Origin: Steroidobacteraceae bacterium
GTDB taxonomy: Bacteria; Pseudomonadota; Gammaproteobacteria; Steroidobacterales; Steroidobacteraceae
DNA: 55,980 bases
Direction of reading: 5' to 3'
NCBI GenBank assembly: GCA_049508555.1
Contig: JBELAR010000001.1
Location: 1-55,980 of the forward strand
Position numbers and translations under genes: made by a program. Each line of letters opens with the position of its first letter. Positions within the stretch are counted from its first letter, which is position 1. This document shows, piece after piece, positions 17,793 through 26,997 of this stretch. A model generated the notes under the pieces. It was not told where the DNA came from. It searched no databases and saw only the letters and a program-made list of their open reading frames with translations.

Positions 17793-18172
17793 ATGAACAC
17801 AAAAATGCCGCACACGGCGCGGGCCGAACTCGCCAATGCTATTCGCCGACGTTATCGAGCGGCGACGGGCAAAAAGAAACGCAAGATCCTGGATGAGTTT
17901 GTCGCGACCACGGGCTATCACGAGAAATCGGCGATCCGGGTACTGAACCGTGCAGTGTTCCCGGAATACCGAACCCGCACTCGCCCGTCGCTCTACGATG
18001 AAGCCGCGCGTGCGCGCTGATTGTGCTGTGGGAGGCTTCCGATCGGGTCTGTGGCAAGCGCCTGCGCGCCTTGGTGCCCATCCTGCTGCCTGCTCTGGAG
18101 CGCAATGGACACCTAAGGCTCGATGAGGCGATCCGCTCGAAGGTTCTGGCAATGAGTGCCGCGACGATCAAC
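17793..18172 (+). mobile_element. IS transposase remnant (N-terminal HTH part only; frameshifted and 3'-truncated)
   Basis: 'MPHTARAELANAIRRRYRAATGKKKRKILDEFVATTGYHEKSAIRVL' continues in another frame as 'LIVLWEASDRVCGKRLRALVPILLPALERNGHL...LAMSAATI'. Stop at 18018-18020, with the frame change in the GC run at about 18005-18020. No DDE catalytic region follows. IS family not assigned. Confidence 0.6.
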
Positions 18173-18536
18173 TTAGGTACGCAGAGGAGGCACCGCCGCC
18201 CTAAGCATCTCGACGTAGTACGCCTCAACGTTCCCGCGCTTCTGGTCCTCCCGGCTGAGCGCCTCGGCAGGCCAGAAATGGCGAGGTTCGCCGAGTGGGA
18301 ACACAACGGTTTCTGAATCCACAGCGATGAACGGACGGAATAGGTCGAATTGCTCGCGGACGTGCGAATTATGATGACTTACGACAGCCCTGCACGTTTC
18401 TGTTACACCCGAATGACCTTCAAGAAATCGGTCAAGTGCCGCAATCAGAGCAGTGGCTCTCGCTCATTCGGCCCGTTCCTTTGGCATAAATGTTTGAGAA
18501 TACGCTGGCCGTCATAGGCCATTCATGACAGGCGGC

Positions 18537-18968
18537 TCAGGTTCGCGGGCGGTCCCATTGCCGGTTTGCAGCAGGGATAAAGCATCCCTGGACAATGCGC
18601 CAGCCCAAGTTAAGTCCCCACACCAGAAGTACGACAAAAAGCAGGGCCAGCCAAAGCGGATGCAACAGGCGAACTAGGTAAATGAACGCCACCATGTAAA
18701 TCGTGATGCTAACTACGAACGACAAGTAAGCGGCAGGCGCCCACGGACGCATCCGCCACAGTGCGAATGCGCAGACGAGTGTAGTCGCGCAGTAGAATGC
18801 GCCCACGACTAGAAGTATCCAACCTGTGAGCACTGGATCCATGCGTAGTAAGTGTGGCGCCACGGGTAGCGGTCGTCCCCAAGGGTTGTCCAAGAGTCCG
18901 CCGACCGCGGACAGCCCGAGGATCAGAAGTACCAGAGAAAGACGAGAGATAGCACGAGGTCTTTGCAT
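18537..18968 (-). CDS. hypothetical small integral membrane protein (about 4 TM helices)
   Basis: 143 aa, four long hydrophobic stretches, no recognisable motif. Lies in a visibly AT-richer stretch. Confidence 0.5.
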   Translation of the reverse strand: MQRPRAISRLSLVLLILGLSAVGGLLDNPWGRPLPVAPHLLRMDPVLTGWILLVVGAFYCATTLVCAFALWRMRPWAPAAYLSFVVSITIYMVAFIYLVRLLHPLWLALLFVVLLVWGLNLGWRIVQGCFIPAANRQWDRPRT

Positions 18969-19119
18969 GTGCGCGCCGCCGATTCCGCCGGGCTTATCTG
19001 TCGGCCTAATAACCTAATCGGATGTTCACGTTGGCCCACAGAACAGCAGACGCTCGCTATGGACCGCTTTGGGGTCGAGAGCTGCCGATTGAGTCGGCGC
19101 GAGGGCCAGCCGAGTCGAC

Positions 19120-19455
19120 TTAGCTCTCAACGAGCGCAATAATTTTCGCGCGTACGGTTGCTAACTCGCCGGGCTTCGCCTTTCCCTTGTACTTTGCCTT
19201 ACGCTCCACCCAATCAAGACTTTTCACTTGATCGGCAAGCACTGCGCTTGGTCGGTTGCCGGCTAGAAGCACCTCGAACGGATAACCCTTTACCTGAGTG
19301 GTCATCGGACAGCAGAGCATAAGGCTGGTTTTGCGGTTGTAGGCGGCGGGGCTGATGACCAGCGCCGGTCTGTGGCCCGCCTGCTCATGGCCCGCTTGGG
19401 GGCTGAAACGCAACCACACAATGTCGCCGGCCTCTGGCACGTAGCGAGGAGCCAC
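19120..19455 (-). CDS. mazF: type II toxin, MazF/PemK family endoribonuclease
   Basis: 'PEAGDIVWLRFSPQAGHEQAGHRPALVISP..YN...LMLCCPMTTQVKGYPFEV' is typical of MazF/ChpA. The GTG start overlaps the antitoxin TAG by 1 nt. Confidence 0.9.
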   Translation of the reverse strand: MAPRYVPEAGDIVWLRFSPQAGHEQAGHRPALVISPAAYNRKTSLMLCCPMTTQVKGYPFEVLLAGNRPSAVLADQVKSLDWVERKAKYKGKAKPGELATVRAKIIALVES

Positions 19456-19697
19456 TAAAGCGATTCCCTCCCGACCGGATTGCCGAAATCCACGCCGCCC
19501 TGCAGGTTGTCGGCGGTGATGCCTGCGAGCAGCTGGGCAAGATCCAATTTGCCCGTTCGAATCGGCTTTATGACGATCTGTCCGCCCTGTTCGCGGACAT
19601 CGACTGTCTCATCAAGATTGAGACGAGCAGCCTGCATGATACCGCTCGGAATTCGAACAGCTGCGCTATTGCCCCACTTCTTGACGACTACACGCAC
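19455..19697 (-). CDS. mazE: type II antitoxin, MazE/AbrB (SpoVT) family
   Basis: 'VVKKWGNSAAVRIPSGIMQAARL' swapped-hairpin AbrB-type motif. 80 aa. GTG start with GGAAG upstream. Confidence 0.88.
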   Translation of the reverse strand: MRVVVKKWGNSAAVRIPSGIMQAARLNLDETVDVREQGGQIVIKPIRTGKLDLAQLLAGITADNLQGGVDFGNPVGRESL

Positions 19698-19727
19698 GGC
19701 GCACTTCCTGATCCTAGTAACCTTGAT

Positions 19728-19765
19728 AGTTTACCCGACTGCAGGCAGTGTGTCTACAATGTAGA
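19728..19765 (-). promoter_or_regulatory. candidate sigma70 promoter of mazEF with overlapping palindromic operator
   Basis: On the minus strand: TAGACA (19756-19751), 17 nt, TAAACT (19733-19728). The perfect palindrome TCTACA-A-TGTAGA (19753-19765) overlaps the -35. Confidence 0.35.
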
Positions 19766-20039
19766 TACATAATGGGCTACTCCCGGCTGGGCCATCACTT
19801 TCTCCCGGCGCAAATCCGGTGCGATGCGAAGCCAAGGGGTTGGTCTCAAGGAACAGGAAGCGGAGAGCAGCGACTTCAATCGACGAGGTGCCCACGCTGC
19901 CGCAGTCTCTGGAGTGCGCGGGGCACGCTTTGGGGCGGGTCGCGCGCCTATTCGCGGTACAGTGTCCCCAGCTGTCCCCAGAAGCTGTCACTGGCGGTGG
20001 CGCCCGACGCACAACTACCTGAAAACTGGTATGAAAGTC

Positions 20040-20058
20040 TGGCGGAGAGAGAGGGATT
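20040..20058. repeat. 19-nt direct copy of the tRNA-Ser 3' end (att-like scar)
   Basis: tggcggagagagagggatt at 20040-20058 is identical to 20245-20263, which is the CCA end, acceptor 3' strand and half the T-arm of the tRNA below. Confidence 0.7.
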
Positions 20059-20244
20059 GTTCGCGGCTACGCCGCTCATCCCTCGCTTGACGCTCGGGAC
20101 CGCCGGCGCCAGAGCGCGCCGGCGTCCTTCGCCGCCGCGACCGCGGCGGCTCGTCGAACCCGATTGACTATGTTCGAGGGATCGAATCCCATCGCGACAA
20201 CATGAGCTGGATAGCGATTCCTGTGTGGAAGCCGCTCAAAATAT

Positions 20245-20335
20245 TGGCGGAGAGAGAGGGATTCGAACCCTCGAAGGGCTTTTGACCCTTACACCCTTAG
20301 CAGGGGTGCGCCTTCGACCACTCGGCCATCTCTCC
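20245..20335 (-). tRNA. tRNA-Ser (anticodon GCT)
   Basis: The reverse complement folds as acceptor GGAGAGA/TCTCTCC, D-arm GCCGAGTGGTCGAAGGC, anticodon stem-loop CACCC-CTGCTAA-GGGTG, a long variable arm, T-arm GAGGGTTCGAATCCCTC, and an encoded CCA. Confidence 0.93.
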
Positions 20336-20458
20336 GTCACGCGCCAGTCCTGCCGACACGCGGCGCAATCATACGCAAGGGGGTCTGGGAGGGCAAAGCG
20401 CACGTCGCGCGCCGGCTCGAACTGGTAAAACGGCGGTGCGCGCGCCTGCCGCGCGGCC

Positions 20459-20644
20459 TCAGCTCGAAGTCGACTCGGATCGCTCGCGCTTTATGCGGTG
20501 GAAGATTTCCTCGCGCTGCACGGAAACGGTCTTCGGCGCGTTCACGCCCAGGCGCACCTGATTACCCTTCACGCGTAGCACCGTCACCGTGACCTCGTCG
20601 CCGATCATTACGGTTTCGCCGATTCTACGCGTCAGGATAAGCAC
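20459..20644 (-). CDS. csrA: carbon storage regulator CsrA
   Basis: '[47 protein letters not shown]' is a near-canonical CsrA sequence. The alaS-csrA-tRNA-Ser order matches enterobacteria. Confidence 0.97.
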   Translation of the reverse strand: MLILTRRIGETVMIGDEVTVTVLRVKGNQVRLGVNAPKTVSVQREEIFHRIKRERSESTSS

Positions 20645-20831
20645 TGTTCCGTCCTACGAATTGACTGCGCCGCTTCGTGCAGAGCCAACCCGAGAAGCCG
20701 GGTCGCGCTGCGGAACGGAGTGGTACCTCGCAGGGTACTGCGCTGCTCAACAAATTCAATATATTTCTGCGGCGAACTGTCTCGATTGATACTGAGTAAG
20801 CCGATGTCAAGCAGCAATCGATTAAACTTCG

Positions 20832-23468
20832 TCAATGTGCCGTGGCACTGAGTCGCGAACTCACCCACGGTGCGACGCTGGCGAGCGCCTGATCGAGCAT
20901 CTGCGGCTTGTTGCCGCCGGCTTGAGCAAAGTCAGCACGGCCGCCTCCTTTGCCCCCTACTTGGACGGCCACTGCGCCGACAAGTTCCCCGGCCCGAACC
21001 CTCGCGGTCTGATCCGCCGTGACCCCGGCGACGAGTAACACCTTGGACTCCGACTCGACCGAGGCGAGCACGATGATCGCCGAGCCGAGCTGGCTCTTGA
21101 GTCGGTCGAGCGCTGCGCGCAGCGCTCCCGCATCGGCACCGTCCACGCGCGTGGCGAGTACCTTCACCCCGTCCACGTCGACGGCGCAGGCGGCCAGATC
21201 GCGGCCAGAGCTCAACGCGAGCTTGTCCTTGAGTGCTCGATTCTCTTTCTCGAGCGCACGCATGCGCTCGAGCGCTTCGCGCACCTTGGGTGCGGCTTCC
21301 TCTCGCGAAACGTGTACGAGTTGCGCCACGTCAGCGAGCAGTCCGTCGATCCGATGGACATGGTCGAGCGCCGCCTGGCCGGTCAGCGCCTCGATGCGAC
21401 GCACGCCGGCCGCGACGCCCGATTCACCGATGATGTGGAACAGCCCGATGTCCCCGGAGCGCGCCACATGCGTGCCGCCGCACAGCTCGGTCGAGAATTC
21501 ACCGATCGAGAGCACGCGCACCTGCTTGTCATACTTTTCGCCGAACAGCGCCATGGCGCCGGCCGCGATGGCCTGCTCCGTGTCCATCAGGCGCGTGGAC
21601 ACCTCGTGATTGGCGCGGATCTGTGCGTTGACCTGCCGCTCGATCTGCTCGAGCTGCGCGGCGGTGACTGGCTGGAGATGCGAGAAGTCAAAGCGCAGCC
21701 GGTCGGCGGCAACCAATGAGCCCTTCTGCGTCACATGCACGCCCAGCACGCGGCGCAACGCCGCATGCAGCAGATGCGTCGCCGAATGATTGAGCCGGAT
21801 CGCATCGCGCCGCTGCGTGTCGACGCGCGCGAACAGCGTGGCACCGAGCTTGATCGTACCGGCGAGCGCAACGCCGAGGTGCGCGTGAGCCGAGCCGCGC
21901 TTTTGCGTGTCCTCGACTGCAAAGCGCACTCCCTCCGCACCGTGGAGCTCGCCGCTATCTCCGATCTGGCCGCCCGACTCGGCGTAAAACGGGGTGCGGT
22001 CGAGCACCACCTCACCGCGATCGCCAGCCTGCAGCGCCTCCACGTGCGCGCCATCGCGCAGCAGCGCAAGCACACGTCCTCGACTCTCCAGTTCCTCGTA
22101 GCCGCTGAAGTCACTGCGGCCCTCGATCTGCACGCCGTCGCGCGGCCCGACGCCGAATTTGCTCGCGGCACGGGCGCGCTCGCGCTGCGCGTCCATCTCG
22201 CGGTCATAGCCCTCCAGATCCACTTTCAATCCGCGTTCGCGCGCGATGTCGGCCGTAAGGTCCGGCGGAAATCCGTAGGTATCGTGCAGCAGGAATACCA
22301 ATGAGCCGGGGACGTGGTCACTGCCCGCCTCACGCATGCGCGCATCGAACTGCAACATGCCCGCGGCGAGCGTCTCGGCAAAGCGCAGCTCTTCCTGCTC
22401 GAGCACCCGGCTGACATGTCCGGCAGCACTGATCAGCTCGGGGAAGGCGTCGCCCATCGCCTCGACGAGCGCGGGGACGAGCAAGTGGAAAAACGGCCGC
22501 GATTGTCCGAGCTGGAAGCCATGGCGCACCGCGCGGCGGATGATGCGACGGAGCACGTAACCGCGGCCTTCATTCGCGGGCACCACGCCGTCGACCACGA
22601 GGAAACTGCAGGCGCGGATGTGATCTGCGATCACGCGCAGCGAGGGTGAATCCAGCTGCGTACTGCCGGTCGCCCTCGCCGCCGCGTCGATCAGAATGCG
22701 AAAGAGGTCGATATCATAGTTCGACTGCACACCCTGCATGACCGCAGCGACACGCTCGAGCCCGGCGCCGGTGTCGACCGAGGGTTTCGGCAGCGGCGTC
22801 AGCCTGCCATCGGCGGCGCGATCGTACTGCATGAACACCAGATTCCAGATCTCCACATAGCGATCGCCATCCTCATCGGGTGAACCGGGCGGGCCGCCGG
22901 ACACCGCCGGGCCATGGTCCCAGAAAATCTCGCTGCAGGGTCCGCACGGGCCGGTATCGCCCATGGCCCAGAAGTTCGACTTCTCCCCCATCCGCGTCAC
23001 ACGATCCGCGGGGAGGCCAATCTCCTGTGTCCAGATACGCGCGGCTTCGTCATCATCGCGGAACACCGTGATCCACAGCCGCGCTGGGTCCAGCTGCAGG
23101 CGGCGCGTGACAAATTCCCAGGCGTAGCGGATCGCCTCGCGCTTGAAATAATCGCCAAAGGAGAAATTGCCGAGCATCTCGAAAAAGGTGTGGTGTCGCG
23201 CCGTGTAGCCGACGTTCTCCAGATCGTTGTGCTTGCCGCCGGCGCGTACGCAACGCTGGCTCGACGTCGCGCGCACGTAATCGCGCTGCTCCTTGCCGAG
23301 GAACACATCCTTGAACTGGACCATGCCGGCGTTGGTGAACAACAGCGTCGGATCGTTGCCCGGCACCAGCGAGGCGGACGCCACCACCGTGTGTCCCTGC
23401 TCGCGGAAGTATTCTAGAAACGCGCGCCGCACGGCGGCTGCACTCATATAGGGAGGATGTACTGTCAT
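20832..23468 (-). CDS. alaS: alanine--tRNA ligase
   Basis: '[15 protein letters not shown]', '[18 protein letters not shown]', and the C-terminal editing and DHHA1-like regions. An alternative ATG at 23447 ([14 protein letters not shown]) fits homolog N-termini as well or better. Confidence 0.96.
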   Translation of the reverse strand: MTVHPPYMSAAAVRRAFLEYFREQGHTVVASASLVPGNDPTLLFTNAGMVQFKDVFLGKEQRDYVRATSSQRCVRAGGKHNDLENVGYTARHHTFFEMLGNFSFGDYFKREAIRYAWEFVTRRLQLDPARLWITVFRDDDEAARIWTQEIGLPADRVTRMGEKSNFWAMGDTGPCGPCSEIFWDHGPAVSGGPPGSPDEDGDRYVEIWNLVFMQYDRAADGRLTPLPKPSVDTGAGLERVAAVMQGVQSNYDIDLFRILIDAAARATGSTQLDSPSLRVIADHIRACSFLVVDGVVPANEGRGYVLRRIIRRAVRHGFQLGQSRPFFHLLVPALVEAMGDAFPELISAAGHVSRVLEQEELRFAETLAAGMLQFDARMREAGSDHVPGSLVFLLHDTYGFPPDLTADIARERGLKVDLEGYDREMDAQRERARAASKFGVGPRDGVQIEGRSDFSGYEELESRGRVLALLRDGAHVEALQAGDRGEVVLDRTPFYAESGGQIGDSGELHGAEGVRFAVEDTQKRGSAHAHLGVALAGTIKLGATLFARVDTQRRDAIRLNHSATHLLHAALRRVLGVHVTQKGSLVAADRLRFDFSHLQPVTAAQLEQIERQVNAQIRANHEVSTRLMDTEQAIAAGAMALFGEKYDKQVRVLSIGEFSTELCGGTHVARSGDIGLFHIIGESGVAAGVRRIEALTGQAALDHVHRIDGLLADVAQLVHVSREEAAPKVREALERMRALEKENRALKDKLALSSGRDLAACAVDVDGVKVLATRVDGADAGALRAALDRLKSQLGSAIIVLASVESESKVLLVAGVTADQTARVRAGELVGAVAVQVGGKGGGRADFAQAGGNKPQMLDQALASVAPWVSSRLSATAH

Positions 23469-23492
23469 AGGTTGTCAGCCGTCTTCTGAGAT

Positions 23493-23996
23493 TCACTCCA
23501 GGTCAGTCACGGCCTCGGATCCCAGGGCCGAACGGATATGATCGTTGGAAAAGCCTCGGTATTGCAAAAACCGCGCTTGTCGCGCCTTCTCCGGCCAGTG
23601 CTGCGGTAGTGCGAGGCCGAAGCGGCGAATGCGCAGTTCGCGCGCGCACTGCCCCCAATCGGCGCCGCCCTCCAGTGCGGCCTCGATCACTTCGGCGCCG
23701 ACACCGCGCTGAGCCAGCTCGCGCCGGATGCGCAGGGGTCCCTGGCCGCGCTCGGCGTGGTGCGCCACGAACTGCTGCGCGTAGCGCTCATCGTCGACGT
23801 AGCCGCGCTCGACGAGCTGATCGAGCACGACCCGCGCGGTGGCGGCCTCGAAGCCTTGAGCCACCAGGCTGTCCAACAGCTCACTCGATCCGAAGTCGCG
23901 TCGCGCCAGCAGTGCCACCGCAGCCGTACCGGCTGCCGCGGCATCGGCGCTCTGACCCGCGCCGGCGCGGCGCTTAGGCGGTCTTTTCCTCAACAC
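23493..23996 (-). CDS. recX: recombination regulator RecX
   Basis: Only the C-terminal about 167 aa of the 281-aa track ORF looks like RecX ('[16 protein letters not shown]...[16 protein letters not shown]...FLQYRGFS'). Start proposed at GTG 23996, overlapping the recA end by 23 nt. Start is uncertain. Confidence 0.8.
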   Translation of the reverse strand: MLRKRPPKRRAGAGQSADAAAAGTAAVALLARRDFGSSELLDSLVAQGFEAATARVVLDQLVERGYVDDERYAQQFVAHHAERGQGPLRIRRELAQRGVGAEVIEAALEGGADWGQCARELRIRRFGLALPQHWPEKARQARFLQYRGFSNDHIRSALGSEAVTDLE

Positions 23997-25002
23997 GCTT
24001 GGGCGGCAGCAGCTTGAGGCGGATCTTGTCCTCGATCTCCCGGGCCGTGGCGGCGTGCTGTTGCAGATACAGGCGTGTATTGTCCTTGCCCTGCCCGATG
24101 CGCTCGCCGTTGTAGCTGTACCAGGCGCCAGCCTTGTCGATGATGCCGTGCGCGGCGCCGAGCTCGATGATCTCACCCTCGCGCGAGATCCCCGAGCCGT
24201 ACATGATCTCGAATTCAGCCTCGCGAAACGGAGGCGCCACCTTGTTCTTGACCACTTTGACGCGTGTCTGGTTGCCGACCACTTCCTCGCCATTCTTGAT
24301 GGCGCCGATGCGGCGGATGTCCAGGCGTACCGAGGCATAGAACTTCAGCGCGTTGCCGCCGGTCGTGGTCTCCGGATTACCAAACATGACGCCGATCTTC
24401 ATTCGAATCTGATTGATGAAGATCACGATCGTGTTGGACCGCTTGATGTTCCCGGTCAGCTTGCGCAGTGCCTGCGACATCAGTCTCGCGTGCAGCCCGA
24501 CCTGCAGCTCGCCCATCTCGCCCTCGATCTCGGCCTTCGGCGTCAATGCCGCCACCGAGTCGATCACGATCACATCGACCGCCCCGGATCGCACCAGCAT
24601 GTCCGTGATCTCGAGCGCCTGCTCCCCGGTGTCCGGCTGCGAGACGAGCAGATCCTGCACGTTGACGCCGAGCTTCTCGGCGTAGGCTGGGTCCAGAGCG
24701 TGCTCGGCGTCGACGAAGGCCGCAGTGCCGCCACCGCGCTGAATCTCGGCCACGACCTGTAGCGTCAACGTCGTCTTGCCCGAGGATTCCGGACCGTAGA
24801 TCTCGACCACTCGTCCGCGCGGCAGGCCGCCGATGCCGAGCGCGATGTCGAGCCCGAGCGAGCCGGTGGAGACCGATTCGACATCGTAGGTGGCCGAGGC
24901 ATCGCCCAATCGCATGACCGAACCCTTGCCGAACTGCTTCTCGATCTGTCCGAGCGCGGCGGACAGTGCCTTCTTGCGATTATCGGTGCGAGCGTCATCC
25001 AT
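23974..25002 (-). CDS. recA: recombinase RecA
   Basis: '[16 protein letters not shown]' Walker A, '[10 protein letters not shown]', '[37 protein letters not shown]'. Confidence 0.98.
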   Translation of the reverse strand: MDDARTDNRKKALSAALGQIEKQFGKGSVMRLGDASATYDVESVSTGSLGLDIALGIGGLPRGRVVEIYGPESSGKTTLTLQVVAEIQRGGGTAAFVDAEHALDPAYAEKLGVNVQDLLVSQPDTGEQALEITDMLVRSGAVDVIVIDSVAALTPKAEIEGEMGELQVGLHARLMSQALRKLTGNIKRSNTIVIFINQIRMKIGVMFGNPETTTGGNALKFYASVRLDIRRIGAIKNGEEVVGNQTRVKVVKNKVAPPFREAEFEIMYGSGISREGEIIELGAAHGIIDKAGAWYSYNGERIGQGKDNTRLYLQQHAATAREIEDKIRLKLLPPKRVEEKTA

Positions 25003-25048
25003 CGTAGCCGTCCTTTTTCAGAATCTGCAGCGGTTTTGGCGATTGCGA

Positions 25049-25057
25049 ATTATCCCA
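25049..25057 (-). promoter_or_regulatory. candidate extended -10 promoter element for recA
   Basis: The minus strand reads TGGGATAAT (TGn + GATAAT) about 47 nt upstream of the recA ATG. There is no good -35. Confidence 0.3.
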
Positions 25058-25106
25058 CAACGAGCTGGGGGGCGCGGGCGCAAAACGGGCGCCAGCATGG
25101 CGAAAG

Positions 25107-25437
25107 TCACCCGTCCGGAGCCCTCGGGGGTGCTGGGCACAGTGGCCGGCACCCGAGCCTCGTGTAGCGGTGCATCTGCGGCGCGGTGCCGGTATGCGCT
25201 ACAAGTTCATGAGTTTGCGCCAGATAGAACTGTCGTGCCTCAAGCCGCAGCGCGAGCGACGGACACCGAGCGGTCTCGGCGCGCGCGTCATCGGCGTCCC
25301 GTGCACGCAGCAGCGTGACGTGCGGCCGCAATGGCTTGAGATCCGGGTGCAATCCGAGACCCGACGCGGTGGCCTGCAGCAAGCGGGCGCCGCTCGCACC
25401 AGAGCGAATCGGGCCAGTGTGCAAAGAACAGCCGCTG
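25107..25437 (-). pseudogene. thpR: remnant of RNA 2',3'-cyclic phosphodiesterase (ThpR/LigT), internally deleted and frameshifted
   Basis: The family N-terminus 'QRLFFAHWPD' (25437-25408) has no start codon. A different frame carries only the second H-x-T-x motif and the C-terminus ('LKPLRPHVTLLR', 'FYLAQ...RYTRLG'). The 350-nt slot is too small for a LigT of about 175 aa. Confidence 0.45.
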
Positions 25438-25456
25438 CGTGGAGCGGCTGCCCGAC

Positions 25457-25951
25457 TCAGGCCGCGGCGAGCAGCAGCCGCAGTGCCGTGGCCACCGCGG
25501 CGCGACGCACGGCCTCGCGGTCACCCCCGAAACGCTGCTCCAGGGCACGGGGTTCGCCGGCGCGCTGCGCCAGCGCGAACCAGACCAGCCCGACCGGCTT
25601 GGCAACGGTGCCGCCGTCGGGTCCGGCCACGCCCGTTATCGCCACCGCCAGCTCCGCGCCGCTGGCATGCAAGGCGCCGGCGGCCATTTGCTCGGCGGTG
25701 GGCCGGCTCACGGCGCCAAAAGTCTCGATCACGGTCGCGGAGACTCCGAGGGCCTGCTCCTTGGCGGCGTTGGAGTAGGTCACGTAGCCACGCTCGAACC
25801 ATTGGGAGCTGCCAGGGATGTCGGTCAGGCATTTCGCCAGCCAGCCGCCGGTGCATGACTCGGCCACCGCCACACGCCGCCGCGAGGCGAGCAGTAGCCC
25901 AGCCAACCGCTCGGCGAGCGCCCGCAGCGCGATGTCGCTGAGCTCCTCCAT
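25457..25951 (-). CDS. cinA: CinA-family protein (C-terminal nicotinamide-nucleotide amidase/PncC-like domain)
   Basis: 'VAVAESCTGGWLAKCLTDIPGSSQWFERGYVTYSNAAK...AVAITGVAGPDGG'. Confidence 0.9.
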   Translation of the reverse strand: MEELSDIALRALAERLAGLLLASRRRVAVAESCTGGWLAKCLTDIPGSSQWFERGYVTYSNAAKEQALGVSATVIETFGAVSRPTAEQMAAGALHASGAELAVAITGVAGPDGGTVAKPVGLVWFALAQRAGEPRALEQRFGGDREAVRRAAVATALRLLLAAA

Positions 25952-25982
25952 CGACCTATGGTGGCACGAGCTGAGTCGGCGG

Positions 25983-26807
25983 TTAGCCGCTACGCGGCGC
26001 GGATCGCTCCACGACCCGCACCGTGTAACCGCCGGACTTCTCGTCGGGTTGCAGGTTCACCAGGCCGCGCTTCTGCGCCTCGGCCAGCAGATCGTTGAAG
26101 GATCTGAAGCCATAGGCCCGCTCATTGAAGCCCGGATGACGTCGCTTGATCGTCTGCTTGATCATCGAGCCCCAGATGGCTTCATTCTCGCCACGTTCCT
26201 CGGTGACCGCGTCGAGCGTCTCCACGACCATCTCGAGCGCCTCGGTGAGTTCGGGGCCTTTGTTCTCGGCTGCCACGATGGCCGCCGGTGACACGGTCGC
26301 CGCCACGCGCCGGCGCGACTTCGAGGGCTCCCTGCGCACCAGATCATCGTAGTAGATGAATTCGTCGCAATTGTTGATGAACAGATCGGAGGTGGAGTTC
26401 TTGACGCCGATGCCGATGACGGTCTTGTCGTTCTCGCGCAGCTTGCTGACCAGGGGCGAGAAGTCGGAGTCGCCGCTGATGATGACGAAGGTCCCGACGT
26501 GGGCTTTGGTGTAACACAGGTCGAGCGCGTCGACGACCATGCGGATGTCGGCCGAGTTCTTGCCGGACTGACGTACATGCGGAATCTCGATCAGCTCAAA
26601 GGCCGCCTCGTGCAGGCCGCGCTTGAAGTCCTTGTAGCGATCGAAGTCGCAATAGGCCTTCTTGACCACGATATGACCTTTGAGCAGCAGGCGCTCGAGC
26701 ACCTTCTCGATATCAAAGCTCGGATAATTGGCGTCACGCGCGCCCAGGGCGATGTTCTCCAGGTCGAGAAACACGGCCATCGTGGCGTCGGAAGTTCTGA
26801 CATTCAT
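25983..26807 (-). CDS. NYN (LabA-like) domain protein with C-terminal OST-HTH/LOTUS domain
   Basis: 'AVFLDLENI...KAYCDF...GKNSADIRMVVDALDL...VIISGDSDFSPLVSKLRE' is the NYN nuclease fold. The C-terminal 'WGSMIKQTIKRRHPGFNERAYGFRSFNDLLAEAQKRGLV' is LOTUS-like. Confidence 0.8.
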   Translation of the reverse strand: MNVRTSDATMAVFLDLENIALGARDANYPSFDIEKVLERLLLKGHIVVKKAYCDFDRYKDFKRGLHEAAFELIEIPHVRQSGKNSADIRMVVDALDLCYTKAHVGTFVIISGDSDFSPLVSKLRENDKTVIGIGVKNSTSDLFINNCDEFIYYDDLVRREPSKSRRRVAATVSPAAIVAAENKGPELTEALEMVVETLDAVTEERGENEAIWGSMIKQTIKRRHPGFNERAYGFRSFNDLLAEAQKRGLVNLQPDEKSGGYTVRVVERSAPRSG

Positions 26808-26997
26808 TGAATTGGACCTGCGCTCGGATTCCGGAGGACAGTGGGCAGCTCGCGAATATGCCGCCTTGCGCGCTCAAAGCGCAACGAGTTTCCGTGCGCC
26901 TCGCGGCGCCGCCAACGCGCACGCCGCCGGGCCCCGTTCGTGACAAACTGGCGCCCCCGTTGGCACCGCATCCAGCCGCGGAACGGCGTATAAGCCT

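Noticed and set aside
19847-19870. Cluster of GGA motifs (AAGGAACAGGAAGCGGAGAG) near csrA. Considered as a CsrB-like sponge RNA.
   Set aside because: Only about 3 motifs are present, they are not displayed in repeated hairpin loops, and no promoter or terminator is evident.
20171-20200. T-arm-like string GAGGGATCGAATCCC between the att-like repeat and the tRNA. Considered as a second tRNA or pseudo-tRNA.
   Set aside because: The 3' stem half (CCCAT) does not pair, and no acceptor or anticodon arms could be built around it.
20431-20458. GC hairpin CGCGCG-CCTGC-CGCGCG downstream of csrA. Considered as a terminator.
   Set aside because: The short U-tract is separated from the stem by about 8 nt. 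It does not form a convincing intrinsic terminator.
23997-24338. 5' two-fifths of the 281-aa ORF 23493..24338.
   Set aside because: It overlaps recA in another frame and is Arg/Ser/Pro-rich nonsense. Only the last 167 codons resemble RecX.
25003-25106. Looked for a LexA/SOS box upstream of recA (CTGT-N8-ACAG, the TTAG...TACTA type, and the GAAC-N4-GTTC type).
   Set aside because: No acceptable match by eye on either strand. Only an extended -10 candidate is reported. The absence would need a matrix scan to confirm.
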